Positions 14,201 to 29,200 of a stretch of DNA of 64,000 bases are shown here, in pieces. Source of the DNA: Phoronis australis (Eukaryota > Animalia > Phoronida); the NCBI GenBank assembly GCA_002633005.1, contig NMRA01000094.1, positions 708,597 through 772,596 of the forward strand. The letters run 5' to 3'. The translations under genes were made by a program, and so were the position numbers. Position 1 is the stretch's first letter; each line of letters starts with the position of its first letter. The notes beneath the pieces were generated by a model. It was not told where the DNA came from. It ran no database searches and was given only the letters and a program-made list of their open reading frames with translations.

Positions 14201-17200
14201 GCACGTTTCTATTACTACGGGTGGCGACGACTTTCAGAGGGATCCGACTACCACTCTAGCCCCCCAGCGGCAATTTTTTGCATCCAAAGGTGTATCTCCT
14301 TTACCTCTTGTAGGATCTTTGTGAAATTTCATGACGGCATTTTCCCATTCAGTGACTATACCAGACATTGAGGGTTGTGAGCCTGGGACATCACCTAGCT
14401 TCTTTGCTAACTGCCAAGCAGTCTTTTGTTTGGTTTGGCTTATTGCAGACCACATGTGAACACAGTCAAACCCAGAGCGAATTGGTATGTTCAAAAAGAA
14501 TAGATTGTCGTAACTTCTGTTGTAGTTGGGCGATTTTGGCAATTCAAAAACTAAACATGATCAGCATTTGACGAGGATTTCAGAAATGTTATGTTCAAAT
14601 ATGTTATAACTTAACTTTTTTTTATAAAGGCAAAGCCCAGTCAGGCTAGTTGCGATCTTATTGGAGATCAGAGCAATTATTGAACAAAAGAGAGCTGGCC
14701 CTCCAACCATAAATACCAGAATGGAGTTAATCAGTCATGTAAGATATTGGCTACAAGGGTCGTCTTCCCAACTTGTTGTTGGGCTTTTAAATCGAACAAG
14801 TTGGGATCAACGGGAGAACGGCGTAATGTTTGCAAGTGTTATTCTATGAATATGAATGATGACAACTTCCTTGCGGATCTGACTACCCCTGCTCTGCAGT
14901 GCCTCCTATAGGTAATTTTTGTATTTTACGTTTACCTCTGTATCTTCAGAGATCCTTGACACTTTGTAAGAAATAAGTTTCTATTGAGTAGGCAACAATA
15001 CCTTTTTTTTGAACGGATCATACGTATTCTACGCCACCCAGCAGTTATTTTAATTTTCAAGTCTTACATTACATTAACCTCTCTATCTGCCTAATGGTCA
15101 AAGGATCGTTAATAAAATTGTATATGTTTACTGACACCAGCATCAATTTTTGGACTGGTCTAAGTTCTGTGTGGGTGTGTGTGGCTCCTCTTAGTGCCAA
15201 TTTTGTTGGTGTTTTTGAATCTGCAGTTGTATTTGTGAAATGTGGTAAGTTTATTCCTGTATGAATGTGTCAACAGATGACAACTTCTTTTGCACATTCT
15301 GCTCCACCTGGTGGTCATTTTTATGATACTAATAAATGCCTCTAGAAGAATACTATATGTGGTGAAGTCGTGGAGGTATTTCAGCGCTTTGCGTTCCTGA
15401 ATGATTGTTTAATGTTTCAGGCGTGAATTAATATTTTCAGTCATTGAAGAGTTCATAAGATTTTTTTGATTATTACATGGCAAAGTCCTTGTCCCCCGTT
15501 ATCTAGAGCCCTAGTGGATTTTGGAGAATTATCGTCGAAGGTGTGTGAGCCCCGAGGGTGATAATTCTACAAAATCGACTGGGGGCTCTAGGTAAAGGGG
15601 ATAACGACTGAGAACATGTAATAATCTATTTATACCACATACTGAACGAGAAACATTGCAATGAATTGATCTATCTTTCTCAACTTGCCTCGGCTTTGTA
15701 ACTTAACTTTCTATGTCAGAGGCCTGGGGTCGGAAGTCATGACCTTTTAAGAAACGCCGAGTTATTTTTGTTAAAATAATGTTTTTACTCAAAACCAATT
15801 GAAAATTTAAACAAAGTAGAAATAAAATATGAGTCTTTAAAATAAGTTTAAGCAACTAGTCTAGCTTACCACCCTTCTTATTTTTCATTGTGATGAATGT
15901 CGGTACAATGTCGTTTGTTAAACATGTGATTATTGCGCGTGCTCATGTAAATATTCTATTTTCACGTTAGATGACGTCAGCTGCTGAGTGGTGCAGCGAT
16001 TTAGTCAACGACTCGAAATTCTTGCGAAGCTGGTTCGAAAACAGCTACGGGGTTTCCGCCAAAATGTTATTCAACGCACGTTGAGTAACCAAATGGGTTG
16101 TCTTGGACATGTCAGGCTGATAATGTGGTATAAATGCTTTTATGCATTAAAATTGATTGTTCAGAGTTGTTTGATGTAATATGATAGGACTTCACTAATT
16201 ACTTTAAGGTAAGGTTCATAGTAAGGTGTTTTTGTTTTTACTCAGATGAAATTATATATGGTTGTTCAACCGGAGCAAGCCTTTACTGATACCTTCTTAT
16301 GGAGTTTGTGTCTTTTGGTTTTAAAGCTGAATGTCTCATTTCGTGAAATACTAAAACAATAAAACTTGGGCCTTGGTTTGTTTGTTCGCAAGTCATAATG
16401 ACACTGCCCAGTTTACTCAATTTAAGGTAGTACAGTAGAGTGAAACAGTGACCTTAAATTACCAGGCACCATAATGGTTGAAGTTGCTGTTGATAACTTG
16501 TGACATTTGTGAAGTCCAGCCATAGTAATGCCTTATTCCCATAGCTTTGCTTCCATCTTTGACTGTTTTGTGTAATGTGCACACATCTGCATGAGACCAC
16601 TTGAACGCACCTTATGTGCTATCAGACGTTATAGGTCTACCCAGCCATATATTTTCTGCCACCCTGCATCTGTACCTGTAGCTCTGTAAACCCATGAAAG
16701 AGCTTCGTCAAATTTGACTTTGGTTATCTATGAACATGGCAATGGATGGATGCAACTACTGGTGTGTCCTCCAGTGGCAAGTTTAAGTTTTTGCATTTGT
16801 CTTTGTTTCTACCACTGCCTCTTTATGGTATGTTCTAGTTAAGAAGACACTGCCCATTGGTATGTCTAGTTAAGAAGACACTGCCCATTGGTATGTCTAG
16901 TTAAGAAGACACTGCCCATTGATATGTCTAGTTAAGAAGTCACTGCCCTTTGGTATGTCTAGTTAAGAAGACACTGCCCATTGGTATGTCTAGTTAAGAA
17001 GACACTGCCCATTGGTATGTCTTGTTAAGAAGACACGGCCCATTGGTATGTCTAGTTAAGAAGACACTGCCCATTGGTATGTCTAGTTAAGAAGACACTG
17101 CCCATAATTTACTCTGGTCTCCGTTTTTGCCATCTATCCCTCTACCTATCAAATGCTTTGAAGAATTGTCATGAAATTCAAAAGATATTCTTCTATTGAG

Positions 17201-20200
17201 AAGAAGATGGCTGAGCTTGATTCTCAGATGAGTGTGAGTACGTGCCATCCATTTTATCTGGACAGTTTATGATAAAGAAGTTTTGGTCAGCCTTTTTAAT
17301 TCTGAAGTTGTATCAGAGGTTCGTGAAACTTACAATCCCAAAGATCTTTCGACTTGCGGACATTTTTGTCTTTGCCTAAAGAGTTCTCATGTGCTTGTGG
17401 TCAACAGTGAGTTGTATTATTTTGTCAGCCCTTTCATATGATGGTCATCTATTCAGTGCTTAATGTTTCCTCTGGGGTGTAACATTTAAAAAACCTGATG
17501 TCTGTAGCGAATTTGACATGAAAGATGTTTTCAGTGTCTGTTTGGAACAGCAAAGTTTCAATGCATTGCATTTTAAAACACATCTATAGAGTCATTGAGG
17601 AGGACTTTGTTGGATTCTCTGTGTGTATCCTGTGTATTTGTTGCTTGTTTGATGAAGACTCATTATCTAAGGGACATTAATAATGTGCCAGCAGCAAGTG
17701 AGACCATATTTATGTGTCTAGTTACATGTCTTGTTACCGCCTTGAGTAAAACCACTATCATAACCCCTATTTGGCAGTTTCAGTTTTTTTCCAGCGGCCT
17801 TAATATCTACCCAGGTCATCAGATTTCGCAGATCTCGTGTTCCTAGTGAAGACAGCTTGACTACATAGTTGATATTCAAAAGAATCCTATTACTGCTGCA
17901 TAATATGGGCTCTGTCACCCCCTTGTGGCTACATCTGTAATGACTAAGTATCTCAAAGAAACTGTGCTGTGGGGTTACTCTAATATCTCACCAATTTAGG
18001 ACACAAGATGTCGGACAAGAGATATTGTACTTTCTTTTTTATTTTCACAAAAGATGTTGCACCAAACTAGTACTCTGTTCAAGATCTGTGCAATATCTAT
18101 CAATAGACAATATTTTTTCAAAAAAAAAAAACTGACTGTTCACATCAATGTTTAAAAAAGGTGAAAATGAGAAAAAGGCGATTTTGACAATTATTTTTAT
18201 CCAAAATTTGTGAGATTTTACCGTAGCAGTGTTTTAAACATTGTTGTCATTCCTTACTTTTGTAGCGTTCTGTCCTACATGATACTCCTTCTCCGCATCT
18301 GCTACTTGAGATTATACTGGTGACAACTTAACCTACACAATCAATACAATTCTAAGATTTGTTTTTATTGATTTCTTTCTGTCTTTTGAACTTGTATACT
18401 AATGTGTAAGTTAAGTTTAAACTACAACTCATGTCTTTACTGTCAATTTGATGATTACACCTTCACACATAACTCCTTATATGCTCATTCTAACCTTATT
18501 TCACATTTTGTCAATATTGTCATTTTTTCGTTTATAAATTTTTGCTAAATGTTGTTTTGTGACATCTACTCAGTGCAAACCAAGCTAATTATAGACTGAA
18601 ATTTTAACCATCTTTATTTTTGTTGATAAACTTGGTGAAATACAAATTTCCCTGTCCGCCATATTTCATGAAGAATACTGTAGTCGCGTCTGTCAGCACT
18701 TTGTACAGGCTGTCCCTGGTGTCTGCAAGGCCCTTGGCAAAGTGTCCCTGGTCAGTGAGGCTTTTGGCAAAGTGTCCCTTGTGTCTGCAAGGCCCTTGGC
18801 AAAGTGCCCCTGGTGTTTATAAGGACCTTCATAAAGCATCACTGGTGTCTGTGAGGCCCTTGGCAAGGCCTCCAAAATCTCTGGTCAGAGCAAGTCCCTT
18901 GACTATGTGTAAATAGTGGTAACTTGTAAACACCTTTGTTGCACATTGGATAATTGAATGCCAGGGGCTGGATAAATAGTTGTGACCATACTGGCCTTGT
19001 TTGATTACATAAGTCTGTGTAACAGGCTTGCACAAACAGCTTCACCTTATTTAATGTCAATATTTCAAACACATCATGGATTGGTGAGCAATGTAGTTTA
19101 GTTGGTCTTCCTTGGCTTTTAGATTCTAAACATTGTTCTGAACATTGTTTTAAATGGAACTGGTTCTGTATAATGCTGGCAAATGGATCTGTCTAGTGCT
19201 GGCAAAGGGATCTGTATAGTGCTGGCAAAGGGGCCTGTATAGTGCTGGCAAAGACATCTGTGTAGTGCTGGCAAAAGGACTGTACAGTTCTGACAAAAGG
19301 ACTGTACAGTTCTGACAAAGGGATATGTGTATTGCTGGCAAAGGGATCACTGAAAACGATCAATCAGTTAAAGTGGGTTTTTAACTGCTTTTTATGCGTC
19401 CATATGCATGTGGGTGCATATTGCCATCATCTCTGTTTGTTCGGGCATCCAGCATCCATAGCTGTATCTCCTAAACCTCTTAAGGATCTTTATGAGAGTT
19501 GGAAGATGCGTTCCTATGAAGCTGAAGACGGATGATGACCAATTTCGGACGGACCCGACTACCGGTGTTTCCCCTAGTGGCAATTTTAGTTTTTACGTTT
19601 TCATCTGTATCTTCAATGGTCCTTGACAGATTTTCATGAAACTTGGCACATAGGTGCTATCCTCCTTTTTCCGGATGGCCATTTTTACTGTTTTCGTGTC
19701 TGTTTTTTCACATGAGCCCCTCTATCAACCAAACCGCTTTGAGGATGATCCTGAAAATTAACACATATTTTTTTATGCATTTATTGCCCAGACAATAATA
19801 CAAAGCCATTTGAGGTTGGGTGCCTCAGATCTGGCTTGAACAAAAGTATATAATGTTAACCAATAAATTTCTACAGCAATAAAGAGTAACTGAAACGGCG
19901 AATGAAAAGCGGGGGAAGGACTTTCACGTGCCATTCATACACACACTCATGCTGTGCTGATATGATGTCTGATGAAACTATGTGCTATATAAATACATAC
20001 ATATAAAAATAATAATAACAGTAGAACTTTGATCATTTCTAGAATACTAATTAAAAGCATGCGTGCAGACCTCTTCATTTATCCACATTTGTGTCCCGAG
20101 GTATCTGTTAAAATTGTGTTTATGAACGTTTGTAATGTCAACTTAAAATGGTTAAAAAAGAGAGGCTTTTCTACCTTTGTTGTCTGATAAATGAAGTAAA

Positions 20201-23200
20201 GTATTAATGGTATTGCAAATTAATTTGTGATTTTGGTTAGAGTTTTGAACAAAATCTAGTATGTCCCAAATCGTAAACATGTACTGAGCCTTTAGGGCTT
20301 TATTTAAGAGTGTTTGCACTGATTCCCAGAAAGTAATGATACAGGTGCTATAATAAAATTGACACGTTTTTATTGTGAAAAGGGCAGCTGAGGATTATTT
20401 TTTGACGACTTCGACTACTAATGGCAGTTTTGTTTGATTTTGCACCCATGGCTGTATCTCGTATAGGCTTTGCAGGATCTTATCAAATTTAGCAAGTATA
20501 TTTATATGAAGTTGACAACGGGCGGGTGAGGACAACGACTTTCAAACGGATCAGACTACGAATGTGCCCCCTAGTGGTATTTTTATTTTTTGCGTTAATT
20601 TCTGTTTCTTTAAAGGTCCTCAACGGATTTTTATAAAATTTGGCAGATAGATATTTATTAGTGAGGTGACATTTTCCTTCCGTTTTCGGATGGATTCAAG
20701 GTATTATGCGCCACCTAGTGACCATTTTTACTTTTTTGATACTGTTTGACGTCCGCCCCTCTGTCAACCAAGGCACTCTAAGGATGGTTTTAAAAAAATT
20801 GGAATGTATGTTCCTACTGTGAAGAGGACAGCTGACGGTGACTTTCCTACCACTTTGACTTCTTTGGCGCCTCCTAGTTTTGTTTTTTTGTGGCCATAAC
20901 TGTATCTCCTAAACCCACTACAAGATATTTATTAAATTTAACAAGTGTATTGATATGAAGTTGGCAACGGATGGCAAGGACTTTCAGACGTATTCTACGA
21001 TCGCTGTGCCCCCTATTTTCCGTTTTCTTCTGTTTCTCTGAATTTCCGTGGAGGAGTTTTGTGAAATTCAATAAAATAGCTTTGTATCAAAGAAATGATG
21101 ACTTAGTCCCACTTTTAGATAGATTCGACATATTTTGCACCATCTGGTGGTCATTTTTAATGTTTTCGAGTCTTTTTTGGTGTCCACTCCCCTATCAACC
21201 AAACCACTCTAAGGATGATTGTGAAAATTAGGATATATGTTCTTAGTGTGAAGAGGATCGTTGACGATGATTTTCCAACGACTTTGAATACTGTGGCTCA
21301 TTCTAGTTGCTGTTTTATTTTTGCTTCCATAGCTGTATCTCCAAATCCCACTGCAGGATCTTTATTAAATTTAGCAAGTGTATGTATATGAAGTTGACTA
21401 CGGATGATGCCTTTCAGACGGATCTGACGAACGCTGTGCCATCTTCTGGCAATTTTTTTCTGTTTTCCTCTGTTTCTCTGTAGTTCCTCGACGGATTTTT
21501 ATGAAATTTTGTAAATAGCTTTCTATTAAAGAAACGGTGACATCTTGCTGTTTTCAGGTGGATGTAGTGTATTTCGTGCCATATAGTGCCCATTTTTAGG
21601 ATTCAAATAAATACCCTTAGAAGCATACCGTTCGTGGTGCATTTGTGGGCACAGTTCAATGATCTGCGTTGCTCTTGTTATTTATTTTGTACTGGAATTG
21701 ATATTTTCACACTGTTGGTCTGTAAGTGCTGTAGCTCTATGGCCTGTCGTCAGATCAGATGACATAACAGGGTTTACAGGTATATACTTGGTTCTGTTAG
21801 CTTTTACCAGCACTAAATACTTAACTTTTGTGTAGGTATTCACAGTGTAACCTATGTGTTTAGTTACCTCTACATATTTATGTACCTGTCATCAATATTT
21901 ACCTGAACCAAGCTGTTAGTTTCTTTTCTTCTGCCTGTATCAGTATTAAGTAACAGGTATTATAATACCTGGAGCAGTTTAGTTATATTCAGTCTGGTGC
22001 TAATGTGTGGATCCTGACTGGGTGGGGGTGTCAGAACATAACCGTAGTGATAATCACGTGATTCAAGTGGTTATACTGGAACCACAAGTGATTGTCCGTC
22101 TGGCGAAGTTTCATATCTAAAGTTTCATTTCTGACAAGTCAGGTAGGTTTCTTGAATATCACCATTGTCATAGGTTGTTGTGGTATGTTCTGCATTGTCT
22201 TAGCCAATGGACAGACCAATAATTCTGATTGGTTGTTGTGGTATGTTCTGCATTGTCTTAGCCAGTGGACAGACCAATAATTCTGATTGGTTGTTGTGGT
22301 ATGTTCTGCATTGTCTTAGCCAATGGACAGACCAATAATTCTGCTGAAGCAGACACCACTTTGTTCAACATGGAAAAGTCTTCTTATCCTTGTTTGTGAT
22401 TAAGCTATTCTCACTTAATTCAGGTATTTATTAATGCTGTTTAATAACAGGTATATGTTAACCAACCTGTCATTGTATGATCACCTGTCTTATAAATAGT
22501 TGCCTGGGGTCCCCACCCATTGTCATGTGTGACATACTCTGCATTCTTCACCCATCTTGCCTCAGAATAGATTACCTTCAAAGCCGACCAATAGCTGCTC
22601 TGGTATGTCATCTCAGTCTCATCAAATGTTATTTGCTCAAGGACTTGTTCTTCAGCCGATCTGTTGTTCAAATATGTACTTACTAGAAACAGGCCATGAT
22701 TATCCAGTGCGAGGTACGACTGAAACAATCCCACCATAACGTGAGGCTCGTGTTAAAGACATGTTAAGGACATAGTACTATAAAAGGAGGACCTGTTTCA
22801 GGTGTCTGCAGCCCTAATTTCTTGCCTGAACTTCCATGACATGTCAGAATTTCAGCCCACAAGGTCATTCACCTGACCACTTATCCATGCTTGGTTGTCC
22901 ACTGCACTAATTGATTGGAGTGAGTGGGGTCATTGAATCAGGATGGACGGTGTGGACAGCGGCTAGTCTCCTTAGACCAATGGTTGAGTTTTCTTTGTTG
23001 TTTACCTTTACATTCTTTATGAATTGATAAGTTTAAGTTTGAGCACAACGTTATTGGGTCAGTTGTGATTATTAGGTCAGTTGTTTTATGGAGGGAGGCA
23101 GATATGGCAATAGTGTTGAATGGATGTCAAAGTTTTAATTTATTGTGAAAGAACATTTGGCCACCAAAAATGATTAGCTGAGCTTAATAATAAGATATAT

Positions 23201-26200
23201 CGACCTTCATTGAGGTGGTTACAGATTTTCAAAGGACCAGAAATATTTTACTTGATAGGGTATTTTGGAAGCGCATTTGGAATTGCATGTAGTTGGATAC
23301 AGACATCTGGGTTGGATTGAAGACAATGCTACTTCAACAGCTTTGATTCAGTTATTCAGTGATACAGTTTTTTTAATGTTGGTGTCTTCACTTTTTGATG
23401 GTTTATTACAGTCCTGTTTCATCATACAACAGTTTGATGTGTCTCTGTGTCGTACATAGCCTCATTATTTCCGTGATTGTTTAATTGAAGTTCTAGCCAT
23501 AATAGCAGTAATTACAGCCCACATTTGTTGCAAATTGTCAGTAAATTGTCAACAATCATTGTAGTATCCAATGTTACCAGTGTAATAGTATCTTGTTAGT
23601 CTCTATAGAAACATTCCTTCTCTGTCTCATCAGTGCTCATTGTGTCTTCAGAAATTCAAATGAACGTACAAATCGTATTCAAACGTGTTCTTTGAAAGTA
23701 CCGTAGATCGTGACTCATGGTGGCTCAAAACTCTGTTGTACATTGTTTATGAAGTTCCTAGTGAAACCTTATTGAATATTGGCAGACACAAACTGCCCCT
23801 GTGTGTAGGTGAGTGGCAGTCCTATGGTATTCCGAATACCTGATTGGGTTACCTTTTTATTTTGAGTTGCAGCTGCATACAATAGTTATTTGATTAGGCT
23901 GGCTGAACCATTGTTGGGGAGTGCAGTGACAGTCAGGTAATCACATGACACTAGCCTGAGGTGAACAGTAGTACCTGGTAGCACAAGGAAGAGATGAACA
24001 GCACATGTCTCTGCACAGGACTGGTGCTATAGTGAAACCACCTGGTAACATGCTGTATGTGGTCTAGCAGTTGTACTGTGCAACTCTTCAACATGTGTTG
24101 TGAAGAAAGTGTGGATGTTATGAAAGGATTATCATCTAATGTGTTAGTGTTTATGTGTATAGTAGCAAATTAAGAGAGCAGACCTGAGCACTATTTTTGG
24201 ATCAGCTCACCAGACTTTGGTTCAAAGGATACAAACTGGTAGTACAGTGACTGTAGGTATGCACAGACTGTGGGCGACATTTCCTGCACATTTCTAAGTG
24301 GTGGCTGTTGTTATGAGCACTTCCTTTGTGTGGCAACACAATGCTAGACTGTGTTTCGAGGTAAACGGCCGTGCCACTGATTCAGGTTGCCCTCCAACTG
24401 AATGGAGAAATTGTGAAATCACTTGGGATTGTTTTGAGCTGTTTATTCAACAGTACAGTTGTGGATGTCGGCTTAAGCCAGTAATGTGTTGGATCTCATC
24501 ATCAAAAGTGCATTGAATCTACTCTACAGTGCTATCTGTATCCACAAAGGAATAAAGCAAGTGATTTTGCAATCATGGATTTCAGTGGTGCATTTTCACC
24601 TGCCTGCAAGCCTTATAGGAAGATTCGGCGATCACAGTCTCTCCGAGACTTCTTTATAGGAACACCCAACAACCACCCTCTGCTGGGTAAGCTGTTTAGT
24701 TTATAGGAACACCCAACAACCACCCTCTGCTGGGTAAGCTGTTTAGTTTATAGGAACACCCAACAACCACCCTCTGCTGGGTAAGCTGTTTAGTTTATAG
24801 GAACACCCAACAACCACCCTCTGCTGGGTAAGCTGTTTAGTTCAATGTGCTCAGTTTTCAGGTATTCTAAATCTTTCTTATTTGAGCAAAAACTTGGTCA
24901 GTGAATCTGAGCATGAAAGACCACATTAATGGATCACATTGACTGTCTTCATGTCTATAATTTATTATTGATTCAAAGATAGCATATTGGGTTTACTGCT
25001 GTGAGCAAGTTATTTGCATGGTTGAGATGTTTTCTGTGTCTTGTCTGATTATTTCTGTCTAAAACCAGAATTACGTAATCTTGTGAAAATAACTTGTAAG
25101 GAAAATGGGTAAGTCCAGGGAAATATGAATCTGACTGTGGCAAAAACATGTTTGTCTAGTGTTAGCTAGGAATTGATTTATTCACTTAGAACTTGTTTTG
25201 AAATTTTAAGAAAAAAGCACCAAATTCAACGGGTTGGGTTTGAAATCCCTGCAAAGCCTATTTGCACATTGAATTGATAACAACTCCCCATTTCGTGCAT
25301 ATTATATGAGAATTAACACAATACTCAAAATCCAGGATTACTATTTTAGTAACATTTGGTTAGTTGAGAGGCAAGCTGTTACAAGTGTCAGTGATCTCAC
25401 TTCAACATCGACAGGCAGGCCAAAATATGAAAATAACTTGTACTTTGAAAGAAACAATTTTGCCAAATAAGAGGAAGAAGCTCATTGCATTGTGATGGAA
25501 AATAGGACAACCTGTTTGCACTTTTAAAGATTTTGAAATGAAAATGGAAATATGTCTACTTCATAAGTATCCAAATTTTTATTCTTTGATATACTGGCAC
25601 CAAATTAAATGGCAGATTGATATACTTTCATTCTGTTCACATTCCATTTGGAAATAACAGTTTGTGCTATGACTATTTTGTCAAGCTTGAATATTCCTTA
25701 CTAAGGAATATTTTTAAACTCAAAAGTACATAAGACGGTTTAACCAAGTTTTGCCAATATTACTTAAGCTTTTTGCGCTTATCTTATTCAAGGTTCCAGA
25801 AAAACCTAACCAGCAATGTGGCAGACATCCTTATTTTTGCACACAGTAGTGCACATCAGTTACATTGTCATATGTGAACAAGTCATGTGATGTTTTTATT
25901 TTGATGGCTTAGTCAATAAGAAAACTAATGTCTTGACAGGTGATGAAAACTGCTAAAAATAAGCCTTGATCATACAAGAAATTACCCAGAACTTGCTGTA
26001 GAACAACTTGCCCCCCATTCACTCTGAGGTGCCCTCCACACACAGACTTACCCTGGAACAAGTTATTCCTGAATCAAGTTGTTGCTAGGTTTGAGTGGTG
26101 TCTGGACACCTTTGCCACTTTTAATCGCTGTGTGGCCGCAAAAGTGGGGTAAAGTGGAAGTAATTATCAGCTGCGATTGCATACAGACTGGTTTATTCTT

Positions 26201-29200
26201 GTGTGCCATATTGGCGTTAGTTGTTCATTGCCATTCACAGAGCGACAGCTTCTGCCTTACCCTTGTTATCAAATGTGTTTGTGTGCATGTGTGGACGCTC
26301 CACTTAAAAGTGGGGTAAGTTGCACTAGTGCAGGTTGTTCTAAGGTAGGCTGTGTATGGATGGGACTTCACTTCCCCCACTACTCACTGTACACCACTCA
26401 ACAAGTATGGCACAAGCAATTTTGGACACCTCTGTGAGAGCAACTGAGGTAGCGTCCCACTGGTAATTACTTTTGGATTGTCTGATGGCTTGCATCCATA
26501 CTACGACTTGTGCTGGGTCAAGTTACCCTACCTCACTAAGGTGGGTTTATGTCAATTGTTACCTCATCATTAGTTGTATCAACACTGCTACTACAGGGCC
26601 TTTCATACTACCGTCGACGCGTCGATGGTTTGGGGAGTTGCGATCAGTGTGAACGCATAACTCTGGTCCTGGATCGCAGTTAACAGGTGGATTTAAGACC
26701 GCAGCGTCGACGCTGCAGTGCAGTATGAACGCCTAACTCCGGTCCAATCGAAGTTATCGCCAGGTGCCACTGTTATCGTCAACAGTTACAGAGTAGTGCC
26801 GTCACTAATAACTACTTATCTTTTGCTCTTATGATAACCAATCGATTTAAAAATGAGTTAAATGTCATTTAGCACATTTAAATGTTCCCAAATTGTCACA
26901 TTGAAGAAATCTTAGTGTGCAGCGCTACCTTGCGATAACTTCGATGACGTCAGCATCACCAACCCTTAACTTCAATGATCATTAACTACCGAAGCCAGTA
27001 TGAACGGTCCAGTTAACTGCACTGTATACGTCGACGCTCCGTTAAGTCAATATGAAAGGGCCTTAAGCCTAGAGTGACAATTTGTTCCAGGAATAACTTA
27101 TTATATGGATGACACCATAGTCGGCTGTAATTCTGTTACTGGCTAGCAATGTTAATCAAGCTTAAGCGCAATGGTTACCAGCTGCGTATGACTTCACATC
27201 AAAACAGCTAGTGAAAAGTTGCAATCCCTGTACTACAAAACCTATATCAAAATGTAGCATGCCCAGTCATGTAAAAGTTTTTGTAACTGTCACATTCAAA
27301 CTCGTTCATTATGACCTTTTAAAAGATAAACAAGGTGACGAACATCATCATTTTCCTGTGTTTAGGAAGTCAGTTGTCAAATCCAAACTGTATGCACGCA
27401 CGCACGTGGTACTCGTGGTACGTGCACCAGCCATCTGCTCCATTCTCTGTACATTTCAACAGTTTGGTCCAAGGCTACTAAGAGGAAAGGGTTTTTCTTG
27501 AAATTTGCTGTTGAAAAATGTGATCGAACCAACGATAATGATATTATTTTGGCAAACCTGATAAACCTTACTCATCTGCAGCCATTTTCAAGATAAGTGA
27601 GCAGTGGTTAGTTAAGGTGACAAGTAAATTCAAGCTTGGGTAAAAATATCAAATAAGTTGTTGTATCATTGAGCTTGAAAAAGCTTGGTGAAAATATACT
27701 AAGTAGATGTGGATTAATTTGTTTGGTTGGCCACGGTAACCCTTAGGGGTCGTGATAATTGTTTGTTTACTGTCACTAATTAGATGTTAATGAAATGTAT
27801 GAGGTGTTAAACCCCTCTGCAGATAAGCAATACGGTCAGATTAAATCTGTCCACTTATGCTTTATCCTTGTTATATTCCCATCAAATCTGCTTGTTTGTA
27901 AGTCACATGTACTATTTAATGTGTGTGTAACTACATGTTAATTAACATGTTAATTAACATTTAGTCTGTTGCTTCCCAGCATATGTGGTGTAAAACTACG
28001 CACAACAAGTTTTGATCAAGTCTAAAATGTACCAAGCATGGCAAATGTTTGGCGTTAGTCACCAACACAAAATATGTTAGAACGTTGACTCTTCTCCATG
28101 CCAAGTGCATACTTTCACTGGAACTATAAAACGGTGCATGTACACATTGCCACTGACGTACTAGCCAGTTCATTTGGCTATAATTCAACATCACATAAGC
28201 ATAGTAATTTTTTAAACCCCAAGGCACTTTGGATAAGGACTTTTCATTGACAGTAAAAAACAGCAACTAACTCCTTTATTGTGCACGGATGAATAAATGG
28301 TGTGAGTCATCAGCTTCAAACAAAATGATGCTGATTTCTAAGGCCACTGTTGTTGGCATATTCTTCTGCAATATGGCTACAGAATAACTGTTTGGTTGTA
28401 TAGCATCGTATGGTCATGGCTGTCCTTGTCATTGGGCAACATTGTCAGTGAATTTCTCATGTCTGATGCTCTGGGCTTCTCTTGTGTCACCTCATTCAAT
28501 GTAGGCTTTTCTTGTGTCACCTCATTCAATATAGGCTCCTGAGCAGTTTGACCGTTTCTTTCTGGCACTCACATTTTGTCATGGCTTAGGTATATTCCTT
28601 GAAATCTGGAATTTACTGTAAGAATTTGGTAGTAATGTTGATGGAATGTCTGAGCTCCACACTTCACCTCAGATATTATATTTCTATTGTTATGTTGCTC
28701 TGACATAAATTCTTTTGTTTGTTTGCACTCTGCAGGTCCCATTTTTCATCCGATTTGTGCAAAATTTATACATAACCTCTAGTTTCTGAATGGCTGGAAG
28801 TCTATAGTTTTTCAAGATGATCAGATTCAAGATGGTGGACGTGGTGGCCATTTTGTTTTCAAATTGAGATTCAAATGTTCATAAAGGCTGCAATTTTTTA
28901 TTTACATGGTTGAAAATCAGTACAATTATTGTCAGTAATGGACATGTACTACAGGTTTGCCTTAAATCATTCACTTCTGGTCAAAGATTAAGAAGGAAAT
29001 ATCTGCCATTGCAACTGGGCACCTCGATTTCCAGGACAAAAATGTTTTGTCCTATAGAGGGCGCATTGTAGAAACAATAGCTTTGAAAATTTTCACGTTT
29101 CCTGTGAGTAGCTATTATGAAGTGCTGCTTAACCATAAGTTTTTTTTCCAAAATGGCGGATATGGCACGTTTCAATCAATTTTCAATCGTGCTGGGGTGC

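Noticed and set aside
16826-17105. Short direct-repeat arrays here and at 45643, 57079 and elsewhere considered as CRISPR arrays
   Set aside because: Units are head-to-tail with no unique spacers, there are no cas genes, and the context is a eukaryotic intron.
17171-17233. ATG-to-GTGAGT segment (MKFKRYSSIEKKMAELDSQMS) as another first exon
   Set aside because: It ends in phase 0 inside a phase-1 intron, so it would need to skip exon 34852. No other support.
22779-22990. TATAAAAG followed by GTGAGT donor-like sites as another promoter or first exon
   Set aside because: All ATG frames stop before a donor. A non-coding exon cannot be supported from sequence alone.
26050-27100. AAGTTATTCCTG / CAGGAATAACTT inverted pair around the second MITE as an older host element
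   Set aside because: The match is short and no clear termini or TSD were found, so boundaries cannot be defined.
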